Positions 41,002 through 51,387 of a DNA stretch of 64,000 nucleotides are shown piece by piece. The stretch's first letter is position 1. Each line of letters opens with the position of its first letter. Made by a program: the position numbers and the translations under genes. Below the pieces are notes generated by a model that did not search any database, had not been told where the DNA came from, and saw only the letters and a list, made by a program, of their open reading frames with translations. Source of the DNA: an uncultured Sangeribacter sp. Its GTDB lineage: Bacteria; Bacteroidota; Bacteroidia; Bacteroidales; Muribaculaceae. The DNA lies in the NCBI GenBank assembly GCA_964634905.1, contig CAZWJO010000001.1, forward strand, positions 4,479 to 68,478. The letters are read 5' to 3'.

Positions 41002-43146
41002 ATGAGACCGAATTTTAAAGAAATAGATATTACTAAAGTTGTGACTCCCGCAACTGCCGCTCCGGTGGAGAAAGGGGAGGAATGGCTTACCGCTGAACTT
41101 ATTCCTGTAAAGCCCATCTATACAAAAGAGGATCTTGAGGGTCTGGAGCACCTTGACTATGTGGCAGGTCTTCCTCCATTCCTAAGAGGCCCATACAGCG
41201 GAATGTATCCGATGCGTCCTTGGACCATCCGTCAGTATGCAGGTTTCTCTACTGCCGCTGAATCAAATGCATTCTATCGTCGTAACCTTGCATCAGGTCA
41301 GAAAGGTCTTTCTGTAGCATTCGACCTTCCTACTCATCGAGGTTATGATGCAGACCACGAACGTGTTGTAGGCGACGTTGGAAAAGCAGGTGTATCTATC
41401 TGCTCCATCGAAGACATGAAGGTTCTCTTCGATGGTATTCCATTGGGCAAGATGTCTGTATCAATGACCATGAACGGAGCAGTGCTTCCAGTACTTGCAT
41501 TCTACATCAACGCTGGTCTTGAGCAAGGTGTTAAGCTTGAAGAAATGGCAGGTACAATCCAGAACGATATCCTTAAGGAGTTCATGGTGCGTAATACGTA
41601 TATCTACCCACCGGCATTCTCAATGAAGATTATCGCTGACATCTTTGAATATACTTCAAAGAATATGCCTAAGTTCAACTCAATCTCTATCTCCGGTTAT
41701 CACATGCAGGAGGCTGGTGCAACTGCCGACATTGAACTTGCATATACACTCGCCGACGGTCTTGAATATCTACGCGCTGGTGTAAACGCTGGCATGGATA
41801 TCGACTCATTCGCTCCTCGCTTGAGCTTCTTCTGGGGTATTTCTATGAACTACTTCATGGAAATCGCTAAGATGCGTGCCGCCCGCATGCTTTGGGCTCG
41901 TATCGTGAAGCAATTCAATCCGAAGAATCCTAAGTCTTTGGCTCTGCGTACTCACTCTCAGACATCAGGATGGTCTCTCACCGAGCAAGATCCATTCAAC
42001 AACGTAGGCCGTACTTGCGTTGAGGCTATGGGAGCTGTTCTCGGTCATACACAGTCACTGCATACAAATGCACTTGACGAAGCTATCGCTCTTCCTACTG
42101 ATTTCTCTGCTCGTATTGCACGTAACACTCAAATCTATATTCAGGAAGAGACGTATGTTACGAAGCAAGTAGACCCATGGGGTGGCAGCTACTATGTAGA
42201 GGCTCTTACTAATGAGATAGCAGAAAAGGCTTGGGCTCACATCGAAGAAATTGAGAAACTTGGAGGCATGGCGAAGGCAATCGAGACAGGCCTGCCAAAG
42301 ATGAAGATAGAAGAGGCGGCAGCACGCACACAGGCTCGTATCGACTCTGGCAAACAGGCTATCATCGGTATCAACAAGTATCGTCTTGACCACGAAGATC
42401 CTATCGACATCCTTGAGATCGACAACACAGAGGTTCGTAACGAACAGTGTGGCCGTCTTGAAGAACTTCGCAAGAACCGTGATGAAGCTGCTGTTCAGAA
42501 AGCACTTGCTGACATCACTGAGGCTGTGAAGGATCCAAGCAAGGGTAATCTTCTTGATTTGGCAGTCAAGGCTGCAGGTCTCCGTGCTTCACTCGGTGAA
42601 ATCTCTGACGCATGCGAAGCTGTAGTAGGACGTTATAAAGCAATAATCAAAACAATTTCAGGCGTGTATTCAAGCGAAGAAAAGGGTGATCCTGAATTTG
42701 AGGAAGCCCGCAAAGCTGTGGCTGATTTCGCAAAACGCGAAGGTCGCCAGCCTCGTATCATGATCGCAAAGATGGGTCAGGACGGTCACGACCGTGGTGC
42801 TAAGGTTGTAGCTACAGGCTATGCAGACTGCGGTTTCGACGTCGATATGGGTCCACTCTTCCAAACTCCGGCAGAGGCTGCTCGTCAGGCTGTGGAAAAT
42901 GACGTCCATATTCTTGGTGTCAGCTCTCTTGCAGCTGGTCATAAGACATTAGTTCCTCAAGTGATCGAAGAGCTTAAGAAACTCGGACGTGAGGATATCC
43001 TCGTGACAGCGGGTGGTGTGATCCCGGCTCAAGACTACGATTTCTTGTACAATGCCGGTGTGGCCGCTATCTTCGGTCCTGGTACTCGTATCCCGAAGAG
43101 CGCTATTGAAATGATTCGACTCCTCAACGAGCAGACAGCTGAATAA
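41002..43146 (+). CDS. mutB: Methylmalonyl-CoA mutase large (B12-binding) subunit
   Basis: [29 protein letters not shown]. Confidence 0.97.
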   Translation: MRPNFKEIDITKVVTPATAAPVEKGEEWLTAELIPVKPIYTKEDLEGLEHLDYVAGLPPFLRGPYSGMYPMRPWTIRQYAGFSTAAESNAFYRRNLASGQKGLSVAFDLPTHRGYDADHERVVGDVGKAGVSICSIEDMKVLFDGIPLGKMSVSMTMNGAVLPVLAFYINAGLEQGVKLEEMAGTIQNDILKEFMVRNTYIYPPAFSMKIIADIFEYTSKNMPKFNSISISGYHMQEAGATADIELAYTLADGLEYLRAGVNAGMDIDSFAPRLSFFWGISMNYFMEIAKMRAARMLWARIVKQFNPKNPKSLALRTHSQTSGWSLTEQDPFNNVGRTCVEAMGAVLGHTQSLHTNALDEAIALPTDFSARIARNTQIYIQEETYVTKQVDPWGGSYYVEALTNEIAEKAWAHIEEIEKLGGMAKAIETGLPKMKIEEAAARTQARIDSGKQAIIGINKYRLDHEDPIDILEIDNTEVRNEQCGRLEELRKNRDEAAVQKALADITEAVKDPSKGNLLDLAVKAAGLRASLGEISDACEAVVGRYKAIIKTISGVYSSEEKGDPEFEEARKAVADFAKREGRQPRIMIAKMGQDGHDRGAKVVATGYADCGFDVDMGPLFQTPAEAARQAVENDVHILGVSSLAAGHKTLVPQVIEELKKLGREDILVTAGGVIPAQDYDFLYNAGVAAIFGPGTRIPKSAIEMIRLLNEQTAE

Positions 43147-43168
43147 AATTTCATAAAATATCTTAAAG

Positions 43169-43205
43169 AAGGGACAGACTTGCCATCATGGTGTCTGCCC
43201 CTTTT
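43169..43205 (+). terminator. Terminator after mutB
   Basis: AAGGGACAGAC...GTCTGCCCCTT stem followed by T residues. Confidence 0.7.
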
Positions 43206-43265
43206 ATACTTATTGTTAATTTATTTGTTATATGTAATGAAGATATCATGTTCTTCATACAAATT

Positions 43266-44525
43266 ATGACAAAAGTAGCTTTTAAAATAAAAAATAAATT
43301 CTATTTGGGCACTTTGGCGTGCCTATTTGGTAGCTTTATAGCTAAGGGAGATTTGCTGAGTGATGGCCGAACTGCCTTCATGAACTATGACTTCGAACGT
43401 GCCTCAGAACTCTACGAGAAATATGAAAAGACTCTAAAGAAGAATACTAATCCAGAAAATGAAGAACTCCTTGAGCAATATATGCGTCAACTTGAAATCG
43501 CAGAAAATTCCTTGGATAATGTTCAGAAAATTGAGATTATTGATAGAATTGATGTTCCTGTTTCAGAGTACTTTAAATATATAAAGTTACCTTCTTCGGC
43601 CGGAAAAATTATGAATTCTGGTTCAGAAATGCTAAAAAACAGGAGGAATATGTCGGATTTTGCTTATTCTTCGGAAGCTGGAGATATAATGATGTGGTCA
43701 GAAAATAGTGATGAGCATCAAGAAGTTATCATGGAAAGTGATCGACTTATGGACGGAACTTGGGATAATCCAGTAAATGTAGGTTCTGTTTTAAATGAAG
43801 GGGGAAATGTAAGAAATCCATTCCTCCTTACAGATGGTCTGACTCTATATTTTTCTGGCGATGGTGAAGGGAGTATGGGAGGATACGACCTTTTCGTAGC
43901 TTCAAAAGACCCCGTCAGTGGTCAGTTTCGTCAACCGACTCCTCTCGGTTACCCCTTCAATTCTCCTTATAATGAGTACATGATGGCTATTGATGAAGAC
44001 AACGGAATAGGATGGTGGGTTACTGACAGAAACCGCCTCGATGGTCAAGTATCCATCTATATCTTCAAGACAAATGATGTGCGTAAGAATTATGTTGCTG
44101 ATGAAGAAGAAGATATAGTGTCTTTGGCAAGGATCGACGATATAACCGTAACTCAAAATCCTAATACTGATTATGCATGCATTCTCAAGGATATTGACAC
44201 TCGATTTCGTCAAAACAAAGATTCAGGCGGCAATGAATTCATTTTTCCGATGCCGGGGGGCAGAGTGGCTACTAAACTTTCTGACTTTTCTTCATCTGCT
44301 GCAAAAAGAAGCATGCAACAGTATCTGCAAGCTTTAAATGAACATAACGCACTTGAACAAAATCTTTCAGATCTTAGAAAAAGATACCACCAAACTGATA
44401 GAAAAATGAGTTCTTCAATAGCTTTGAAAAATCAGATTCTCGATCTTGAAAAGCAAAGAGACTGGCAATCGGAACGTCTAAAAAAGATGCGCAATACTGT
44501 AATATCAGCTGAAACAAAAGAATAA
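43266..44525 (+). CDS. Exported protein with PD40/WD40-like repeats and coiled coil
   Basis: Signal peptide, TPR-like helix, DGLTLYFS, SMGGYDLF, LGYPFNSPYNEY. Start probably at 43266, since 43188 lies inside the terminator. Confidence 0.7.
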   Translation: MTKVAFKIKNKFYLGTLACLFGSFIAKGDLLSDGRTAFMNYDFERASELYEKYEKTLKKNTNPENEELLEQYMRQLEIAENSLDNVQKIEIIDRIDVPVSEYFKYIKLPSSAGKIMNSGSEMLKNRRNMSDFAYSSEAGDIMMWSENSDEHQEVIMESDRLMDGTWDNPVNVGSVLNEGGNVRNPFLLTDGLTLYFSGDGEGSMGGYDLFVASKDPVSGQFRQPTPLGYPFNSPYNEYMMAIDEDNGIGWWVTDRNRLDGQVSIYIFKTNDVRKNYVADEEEDIVSLARIDDITVTQNPNTDYACILKDIDTRFRQNKDSGGNEFIFPMPGGRVATKLSDFSSSAAKRSMQQYLQALNEHNALEQNLSDLRKRYHQTDRKMSSSIALKNQILDLEKQRDWQSERLKKMRNTVISAETKE

Positions 44526-44535
44526 ACATACCAAT

Positions 44536-45336
44536 ATGGAAAATTATCATAGCCATACTGAGTTTTGTGATGGTAGAGCAAGTATGGCAGAGATTGCCAT
44601 GGCTGCTTTTGATGCTGGGTTCAAAGTGTGGGGGATTTCTCCTCATAGTCCTATATGTTGCCCATCGGGAGCCAACATGAAAATGGATGATGTCGAAATA
44701 TTCATTTCGGAAACGGATAAGCTCAAAAAAGAATTTCAAGGAAAAATGAGAGTGATGACAGGGATGGAAATAGATTATGTTTCTGACTCTTTTGGTCCTC
44801 ATTCTGAATATTTTCGTTCGCTCCCTCTTGATTATAGAATCGGATCAGTACATTTTGTGCCTAACCGAGAAGGAAAACCAGTAGATATAGATGGTCCAGC
44901 AGAAAGATTTTTGAAATATCTTGAATCTGAATACGACGGTGACCTTCGCTATATTGTCGAGACATATTTTGCTATGGAACTCGAAATGCTTGAATATGGT
45001 GGATTTGAAATAATAGGACATCTTGACAAAATAGGAGATAATGGTAGTCATGCATGGCTGGAATTGGAAGATCAGCCGTGGTATGCTGAACTGGTGGAAA
45101 AGATTATAGCCAAGGCAGTAGAGAAGGATGTCATAATAGAGATAAATACAAAGAAATTCGACACCGGTAGCCGCTTTTTCCCGGCTGAGAGATGGTGGTC
45201 TCTTTTGAATAAATATGGCGCTAAGCTTGTTTTGAGCACTGATGCACATTATCCTGACAAAGTTGCCGCAGGATATCAAGCAGCATTAGAAAGACTTAAA
45301 GATTTAGACATGGATAATCAGATTGTTAGTATCTAA
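44536..45336 (+). CDS. PHP-family histidinol-phosphatase-like protein
   Basis: NYHSHTEFCDG, GMEID, GSVH, GHLD, EINT, STDAH. Confidence 0.85.
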   Translation: MENYHSHTEFCDGRASMAEIAMAAFDAGFKVWGISPHSPICCPSGANMKMDDVEIFISETDKLKKEFQGKMRVMTGMEIDYVSDSFGPHSEYFRSLPLDYRIGSVHFVPNREGKPVDIDGPAERFLKYLESEYDGDLRYIVETYFAMELEMLEYGGFEIIGHLDKIGDNGSHAWLELEDQPWYAELVEKIIAKAVEKDVIIEINTKKFDTGSRFFPAERWWSLLNKYGAKLVLSTDAHYPDKVAAGYQAALERLKDLDMDNQIVSI

Positions 45337-45337
45337 A

Positions 45338-45364
45338 AAGGGACGCACGAACCGTGCGTCCCTT
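45338..45364. repeat. REP-like palindrome copy 3, probably also acting as a terminator between convergent genes
   Basis: Perfect 12-bp stem AAGGGACGCACG-AAC-CGTGCGTCCCTT. Confidence 0.7.
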
Positions 45365-45450
45365 AAAGATTCATTGTTCTTTTGTAACCTGCTTAACATC
45401 AAAAACTTTTGTAACCTTCAACTTGAGCTTACGGAAGTTGAATTTAAGCA

Positions 45451-46818
45451 TTATTCATTTGAGTCCGATTCATGAGTTTGAGGTGTCTTAGGAAGTGTCA
45501 AATTTAGGAAAAGCCATCCAAGGAAACCTGCAAGGAAAGATCCGATTAAGATACCGAGTTTTGCATTATTGAGAATTTGTGATAGATAGACATCTTCACC
45601 GAATGTAAGATTGGCAATGAAGAGAGATACTGTAAAACCAATGCCACCAAGTACCGAGACTGCAGCTATCTGCGACCAAGTGCTTCCTTCAGGCATAGGA
45701 GCGAGTTTAGCTTTGATACACATCCAGCTGAAAGAGAAAATTCCAATAAACTTGCCAAGAACCAGACCGGCGATGATTGCAATTGACACGCCTGAGAAAA
45801 TGTCTGCCACATTCACGTATCCCAGCCAAATACCAGCATTAGCAAAAGCAAACAATGGAACCACGATAAAATTTACTATCGGATGAAGAGAATCTTCCAA
45901 GTCCTGAAGTGGAGAAATCACTTTATCAGATGCTGATTCTATTTCTTTTAGCCAGTTAGTCTGTTCCTTTGTAAGAATTCCTCTGTTTTCTAATTTATCC
46001 TCATCCTCTTGGGAGAAATTACTTATGGTTTTCCGAATAGTCTTTATATACTTTTTGGGTGCATATACCGGTTTGGCTGGAACACAGAAAGCTACTAAAA
46101 CCCCTGCTATTGTAGGATGCACACCTGATTGAAGGAACAAGAACCATACGAAAATACCGATAGTGACATAAAAAGTCTTATAGTGCACACCATATATTCC
46201 TCCTATTATAAGTACTGCTAATAATCCCGCTGCCCAAAGGAGAGAAACATAATCTATATGCCCTGAATAAAAAATTGCGATTACTAAAATGCCACCTATG
46301 TCGTCAACTACCGCAAGAGTCGTAAGGAATATTTTCAGTCCTATTGGAACTCGCTTTCCAAGCATCGCAAGCACACCGAGTGAGAATGCTATGTCGGTAG
46401 CCATTGGTATGGCTGCACCTTGGCTATAATCAGTGCCATGGCCTAAAAGGAAGAAAATACCAACTGGGACAATCATGCCTCCAATAGCAGCTACTATGGG
46501 TAGCAAGGCCTGACGGAAAGATGACAGTTCTCCTTGAAGCACCTCCCGTTTAATCTCCAATCCAACTGAAAAGAAGAAGACAGCCATAAGTCCATCATTG
46601 ATGAAATCCATGATCGACATAGGGTGTCCGTGATGACTGAAAAGATTAAATGAACCAACTCGTAACGCTATTGTATGGGTCCAAAGTCCATTATAAAAGT
46701 CATGTAGAAATGGAAGATTGACCACCAACAATGCCAAGGCTGTAGCTGCCATCAACACTGTGCCACCATTGGTATGATTTTTAATGGTCTTCCTTGCGAT
46801 AAAGAATACGTTTGCCAT
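45451..46818 (-). CDS. nhaA: Na+/H+ antiporter NhaA
   Basis: INDGLMAVFF, GLEIKRE, PMATDIAF, LAVVDD, GIGFTVSLFI. Confidence 0.96.
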   Translation of the reverse strand: MANVFFIARKTIKNHTNGGTVLMAATALALLVVNLPFLHDFYNGLWTHTIALRVGSFNLFSHHGHPMSIMDFINDGLMAVFFFSVGLEIKREVLQGELSSFRQALLPIVAAIGGMIVPVGIFFLLGHGTDYSQGAAIPMATDIAFSLGVLAMLGKRVPIGLKIFLTTLAVVDDIGGILVIAIFYSGHIDYVSLLWAAGLLAVLIIGGIYGVHYKTFYVTIGIFVWFLFLQSGVHPTIAGVLVAFCVPAKPVYAPKKYIKTIRKTISNFSQEDEDKLENRGILTKEQTNWLKEIESASDKVISPLQDLEDSLHPIVNFIVVPLFAFANAGIWLGYVNVADIFSGVSIAIIAGLVLGKFIGIFSFSWMCIKAKLAPMPEGSTWSQIAAVSVLGGIGFTVSLFIANLTFGEDVYLSQILNNAKLGILIGSFLAGFLGWLFLNLTLPKTPQTHESDSNE

Positions 46819-47068
46819 AAGATAAATGTTAAAAGATTTAAAATATTAACAATCATCAATGGAAAATGGTTGATTTTAACATTTAAACTTAGTTTTCCTA
46901 TAGATTTATAATGATTTTTCAATATTTTTTATTAATTTTGCACTTAAATCCGAAATGTGTGCATTAAGTCCATGGGTCTTGATGCAAATGATTGCGGAAT
47001 AAAAAAGGATGGCAAAGGATATTTTTTAACTGATAAATTATTATTTACAAACATAATATTATTAAATT

Positions 47069-47938
47069 ATGAGTTTAAATATCATTGTGCTTGCAAAGCA
47101 GGTACCTGATACGAGAAACGTCGGAAAAGATGCAATGAAGGAGGATGGAACAGTCAACCGTGCCGCACTCCCTGCCATCTTTAATCCCGAAGATCTCAAT
47201 GCTCTTGAGCAGGCTCTTCGCCTCAAGGACATGTATCCCGGCACGAAAGTTACTATTCTAACTATGGGGCCGGCCCGTGCTGCTGAAATTATCCGTGAAG
47301 GTCTGTATCGGGGTGCCGATGATGGAGTAGTGCTCTCCGACCGCGCATTTGCTGGCTCAGATACACTTGCGACTTCCTACGCTCTTAGCGCAGCAATTAA
47401 AAAACTTGGTAGTTATGACCTAATTATCGGTGGTCGTCAGGCAATTGACGGTGATACAGCTCAGGTTGGACCGCAAGTTGCTGAAAAACTTGGTCTTCCT
47501 ACAGTGACATACGCTGAAGAAATCGTAGATGCTGATAATGGAAAAGTGACTGTAAAACGACGTATAGAGTCCGGAGTAGAAACTGTTAAGGCTCCACTTC
47601 CTCTCGTTGTGACAGTCAATGGTAGCGCCGCTCCTTGCCGCCCAAGAAATGCAAAACATCTTCAGAAATATAAATATGCTGCTGTCCCTTCAGAAGTGGC
47701 TAATGATGAAAAGAAGAAAGAACTCATCGAAAAGCGCCCATATCTTAGCATAGGAGAGTGGAATGCTGCCTATGTTGATGCAGATTTAGCACAATGTGGT
47801 CTTGCGGGGAGTCCTACAAAGGTGAAGAGTATTGAAAATGTTGTCTTCACAGCTAAGGAGGCCCGCAAGATAGAAAATACTGATGAAGCAATAGAAGATC
47901 TCATCAAAGAATTATTCGCAAACCATACAATCGGCTAA
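47069..47938 (+). CDS. etfB: Electron transfer flavoprotein beta subunit
   Basis: KQVPD, NPED, FAGSDTLATS, DGDTAQVGP. -7 element TAATTTTG at 46933-46940. Confidence 0.95.
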   Translation: MSLNIIVLAKQVPDTRNVGKDAMKEDGTVNRAALPAIFNPEDLNALEQALRLKDMYPGTKVTILTMGPARAAEIIREGLYRGADDGVVLSDRAFAGSDTLATSYALSAAIKKLGSYDLIIGGRQAIDGDTAQVGPQVAEKLGLPTVTYAEEIVDADNGKVTVKRRIESGVETVKAPLPLVVTVNGSAAPCRPRNAKHLQKYKYAAVPSEVANDEKKKELIEKRPYLSIGEWNAAYVDADLAQCGLAGSPTKVKSIENVVFTAKEARKIENTDEAIEDLIKELFANHTIG

Positions 47939-47951
47939 TATAATATAGATT

Positions 47952-48980
47952 ATGGCAGACAAGAACAATCTTATCGTATATCTTGAATACGAAGACGGCA
48001 AAGTCGCTGATGTGAGCCTCGAGCTCCTCACAAAAGGTCGCCAGTTGGCCGATAAATTGGGTATTAAGCTTGAAGCTATCGTTGCTGGTGACAATCTTAA
48101 GGATATTGAAAAGCAAGTGATGCCATACGGCGTAGACACTCTATATAAAGTGCAAGACAAACGTCTCTATCCATATACTTCACTTCCCCATAGCTCTATT
48201 CTTATCAACCTTTTCAAGGAAATAGAACCTCGAATTGCCTTCATGGGTGCAACTTCAATTGGCCGCGATCTTGGTCCACGTGTATCAAGTGCTCTTCATA
48301 GTGGTCTGACTGCTGACTGCACATCACTTGAAATCGGTGATTACACTGATACAAAGACAGGAAAAGAATATAAAGATCTTCTTTATCAGATTCGTCCTGC
48401 ATTCGGTGGTAATATTGTAGCTACAATTGTCAATCCTGAGTGTCGCCCTCAGATGGCTACCGTACGTGAAGGCGTGATGAAGAAAGAAATCTACAATTCC
48501 AATTATACAGGAAAAGTAGTTGACCTCGATGTAAATAAATATACCGACAACACAGACTTCGTTGTTGACATTATCGACCGTCATGTAGAGAAGTCAAAAG
48601 TCAATCTCAAAGGTAGTCCTATAATCGTAGCCGGTGGCTATGGAGTGGGATCAAAAGAAAATTTTGATATTCTTCAGCAACTTGCCGACGTGCTCGGTGC
48701 AGAAGTCGGTGCAAGTCGCGCTGCCGTTGACGCAGGTTGGGTTGACCATGATCGTCAAATCGGTCAGACCGGTGTCACTGTTCGTCCGAAACTATATATC
48801 GCTTGCGGTATTTCCGGTCAGATCCAGCACATTGCTGGTATGCAGGATTCAAGCCTCATCATATCCATTAACTCTGATCCTGACGCACCGATCAACACTA
48901 TTGCCGACATCGTAATTACCGGAAAGATGGAAGACGTAGTGCCTAAACTAATCAAGTATTATAAAAAGAATTCGAAATAA
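47952..48980 (+). CDS. etfA: Electron transfer flavoprotein alpha subunit
   Basis: RPAFGGN, QIGQTG, GISGQIQH. Confidence 0.95.
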   Translation: MADKNNLIVYLEYEDGKVADVSLELLTKGRQLADKLGIKLEAIVAGDNLKDIEKQVMPYGVDTLYKVQDKRLYPYTSLPHSSILINLFKEIEPRIAFMGATSIGRDLGPRVSSALHSGLTADCTSLEIGDYTDTKTGKEYKDLLYQIRPAFGGNIVATIVNPECRPQMATVREGVMKKEIYNSNYTGKVVDLDVNKYTDNTDFVVDIIDRHVEKSKVNLKGSPIIVAGGYGVGSKENFDILQQLADVLGAEVGASRAAVDAGWVDHDRQIGQTGVTVRPKLYIACGISGQIQHIAGMQDSSLIISINSDPDAPINTIADIVITGKMEDVVPKLIKYYKKNSK

Positions 48981-48983
48981 GCC

Positions 48984-50684
48984 ATGGCTAATTTTTATAC
49001 CGACAATCCGAATCTCAAATCCCATCTTCAGCATCCATTGATGAAGAAGATCGTGGAACTCAAGGAAAGAAACTTCGCTGATGCGGACAAATATGACTAT
49101 GCGCCTCTTGACTTTGAGGATGCCATGGATTCATACGACAAGGTGCTCGAAGTGGTAGGAGAGATCTGTGGTGACGTTATCGCAGAGAATGCTGAGGAGG
49201 TTGACCATACTGGTCCTCGTGTAGAAAATAACCGTGTCATCTATGCAGATGGCACAAAGAAGAATCTTGAAGCATGTCGTAAGGCTGGCTTAATGGGTAT
49301 GTCAATGCCACGTCGTCTTGGTGGACTCAACTTCCCGATCACTCCCTATATCATGGCGGCTGATATCGTAAGCCGTGCTGATGCAGGATTCGAAAACCTA
49401 TGGGGCCTTCAGGACTGCGCAGAAACTATATATGAGTTTGCAGATGACGACCAGAAAGAACGCTACATCAAGCGTGTCTGTGAAGGAGAGACAATGAGTA
49501 TGGACCTTACCGAACCGGATGCAGGTTCCGACCTTCAAAGTGTTATGCTCAAAGCTACACAGAAAGAAGATGGTAGCTGGGTTCTTAATGGCGTAAAGCG
49601 TTTCATTACCAATGGTGACTCCGATATCCACCTTGTTTTGGCTCGTTCTGAAGAAGGAACTAAGGATGGGCGTGGTCTTTCAATGTTCATCTACGATAAG
49701 CGCAACGGTGGAGTTAATGTTCGTCGTATTGAAAATAAGATGGGTATCAAGGGTAGTCCGACTTGTGAACTTGTTTATAAGGATGCCCCGGCAGAACTAT
49801 GCGGAAGTCGCAAGCTGGGTCTAATCAAATATGTGATGGCTCTTATGAATGGCGCCCGTCTTGGTATTGCAGCTCAGAGTGTAGGAATTTCAGAAGCTGC
49901 TTATCGTGAAGCTCTTGACTATGCAAAAGACCGCAAACAGTTTGGCAAAGCAATCATTGAATTCCCAGCTGTAGCAGAGATCCTCAGCGTGATGAAAGCA
50001 AAACTGGATGCAAGCCGTGCACTTCTTTATGCTTGCGCTCGTTTCGTTGACATCTACAAGATCTATGATGACATTGCTAAAGAACGTCCTTTGACTAAGG
50101 AAGAGAAACTTGAAGCAAAAGCTTACAGTAAACTCGCTGATGCTTTCACTCCTCTTGCAAAGGGTATGGGTTCTGAATTCTGCAACCAGAATACATACGA
50201 CTGTATTCAGATTCACGGTGGCAGCGGTTTCATGAAAGACTATCGTTGCGAACGTCTTTACCGCGATGCTCGTATCACAAGTATCTATGAGGGAACGACT
50301 CAGCTTCAGGTGGTTGCAGCAATCCGCCACGTCACTACCGGCACTTATCTCAACTTCATCAAGGAAGCTCTCAATGCTGAAGTATCAGAAAAGCATGCTG
50401 GAGTAAAGAAACTTCTTGACGAAATGGCTGAGCAGTACGAAGCTGCAGTAGCAAGTGTTCTTGCTGTGAAAGAGCAACCTTATACCGACTTTATGGCCCG
50501 TCGTCTTGTCGAAATGGCAGGACACACTGTGATGGGTTGTCTTCTTCTTGAAGAAGCTGAAAGAGATGATGTTTTCGACAAGTCGCTTGAAGTATATGTG
50601 AAGTATGGACAGGCAGAATGCACTAAGCATGCCGACTTCATTTCTAACTTTAAGCCGGAGGAAATGAGTGCTTATACTTATTAA
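48984..50684 (+). CDS. Acyl-CoA dehydrogenase
   Basis: LTEPDAGSD, KRFITNG, KMGIKGSPT, RKQFG, QIHGG, IYEGT. Confidence 0.95.
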   Translation: MANFYTDNPNLKSHLQHPLMKKIVELKERNFADADKYDYAPLDFEDAMDSYDKVLEVVGEICGDVIAENAEEVDHTGPRVENNRVIYADGTKKNLEACRKAGLMGMSMPRRLGGLNFPITPYIMAADIVSRADAGFENLWGLQDCAETIYEFADDDQKERYIKRVCEGETMSMDLTEPDAGSDLQSVMLKATQKEDGSWVLNGVKRFITNGDSDIHLVLARSEEGTKDGRGLSMFIYDKRNGGVNVRRIENKMGIKGSPTCELVYKDAPAELCGSRKLGLIKYVMALMNGARLGIAAQSVGISEAAYREALDYAKDRKQFGKAIIEFPAVAEILSVMKAKLDASRALLYACARFVDIYKIYDDIAKERPLTKEEKLEAKAYSKLADAFTPLAKGMGSEFCNQNTYDCIQIHGGSGFMKDYRCERLYRDARITSIYEGTTQLQVVAAIRHVTTGTYLNFIKEALNAEVSEKHAGVKKLLDEMAEQYEAAVASVLAVKEQPYTDFMARRLVEMAGHTVMGCLLLEEAERDDVFDKSLEVYVKYGQAECTKHADFISNFKPEEMSAYTY

Positions 50685-50706
50685 AAAATTAATATTTTAG
50701 CTATTT

Positions 50707-50744
50707 AAGCGGCAGCGATCTTTATGGTCGTTGCCACTTTTTTT
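50707..50744 (+). terminator. Terminator after the acyl-CoA dehydrogenase
   Basis: GGCAGCGATC...GGTCGTTGCC stem followed by a T-tract. Confidence 0.8.
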
Positions 50745-50764
50745 CTCCTTCAAAATAAATATTT

Positions 50765-50946
50765 AGTAAGCATTAAAAAATAACTTGGTAAAAAAAGAGA
50801 TTTCATTTTTCGGGAAAGTACGACACCTCCGGGGGCGATGGAAGAGGGATATTACTTTCCCGAGCGTCAGCTCGGGGTTAACAAGATAATCAGCCCTCCG
50901 GGCTGAGAGCCAGCAAAACTTTACCAACTTATTTTTTACGGTTACT
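50765..50946. mobile_element. MITE-like or REP-like structured element with terminal inverted repeats
   Basis: TAAAAAATAACTTGGTAAA (50774-50792) matches the reverse complement of 50920-50938 at 18/19 positions. GC-rich interior with several hairpins and no ORF. Confidence 0.55.
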
Positions 50947-50963
50947 TAAAAAAAATCAAAAAT

Positions 50964-51008
50964 TATAGTACTATGTATTGCATAGTACTATATTTTTTAT
51001 TAACTTTG
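50964..51008 (+). promoter_or_regulatory. Probable PadR operator next to the padR promoter
   Basis: Perfect inverted repeat TATAGTACTATG-N5-CATAGTACTATA (50964-50992), just upstream of the TAACTTTG -7 element (51001-51008). Confidence 0.75.
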
Positions 51009-51046
51009 CAGCGTGAAAGGGAAAATACCTGAAATTCTAAAATGTA

Positions 51047-51376
51047 ATGAACATAGACAATGCAAAATCTCAGATGAGGAAAGGAATGTTGGAGTATTGT
51101 GTGATGCTTCTCCTGCGCAAAGAGGCATGTTATACAAGCGATATCATCTCCCGACTTAAAGAGGCTCAGTTGATAGTTGTGGAGGGGACGCTCTACCCAC
51201 TCTTGACTCGCCTTAAGAAAGAGGGCCTCCTTAGTTACGAATGGCGAGAATCAAACCAAGGTCCACCTCGAAAGTATTATCTTCTAACAAGTGAAGGTGA
51301 GGAATTCCTCAGACAACTCGATGAAGTATGGAACGACCTTGCTAATTCAATCAACATCATTAAATCATTTAATTAA
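51047..51376 (+). CDS. PadR family transcriptional regulator
   Basis: QMRKGMLE, EGTLYPLLTRL, GPPRKYY. Confidence 0.95.
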   Translation: MNIDNAKSQMRKGMLEYCVMLLLRKEACYTSDIISRLKEAQLIVVEGTLYPLLTRLKKEGLLSYEWRESNQGPPRKYYLLTSEGEEFLRQLDEVWNDLANSINIIKSFN

Positions 51377-51387
51377 CCCCCTCAGTT

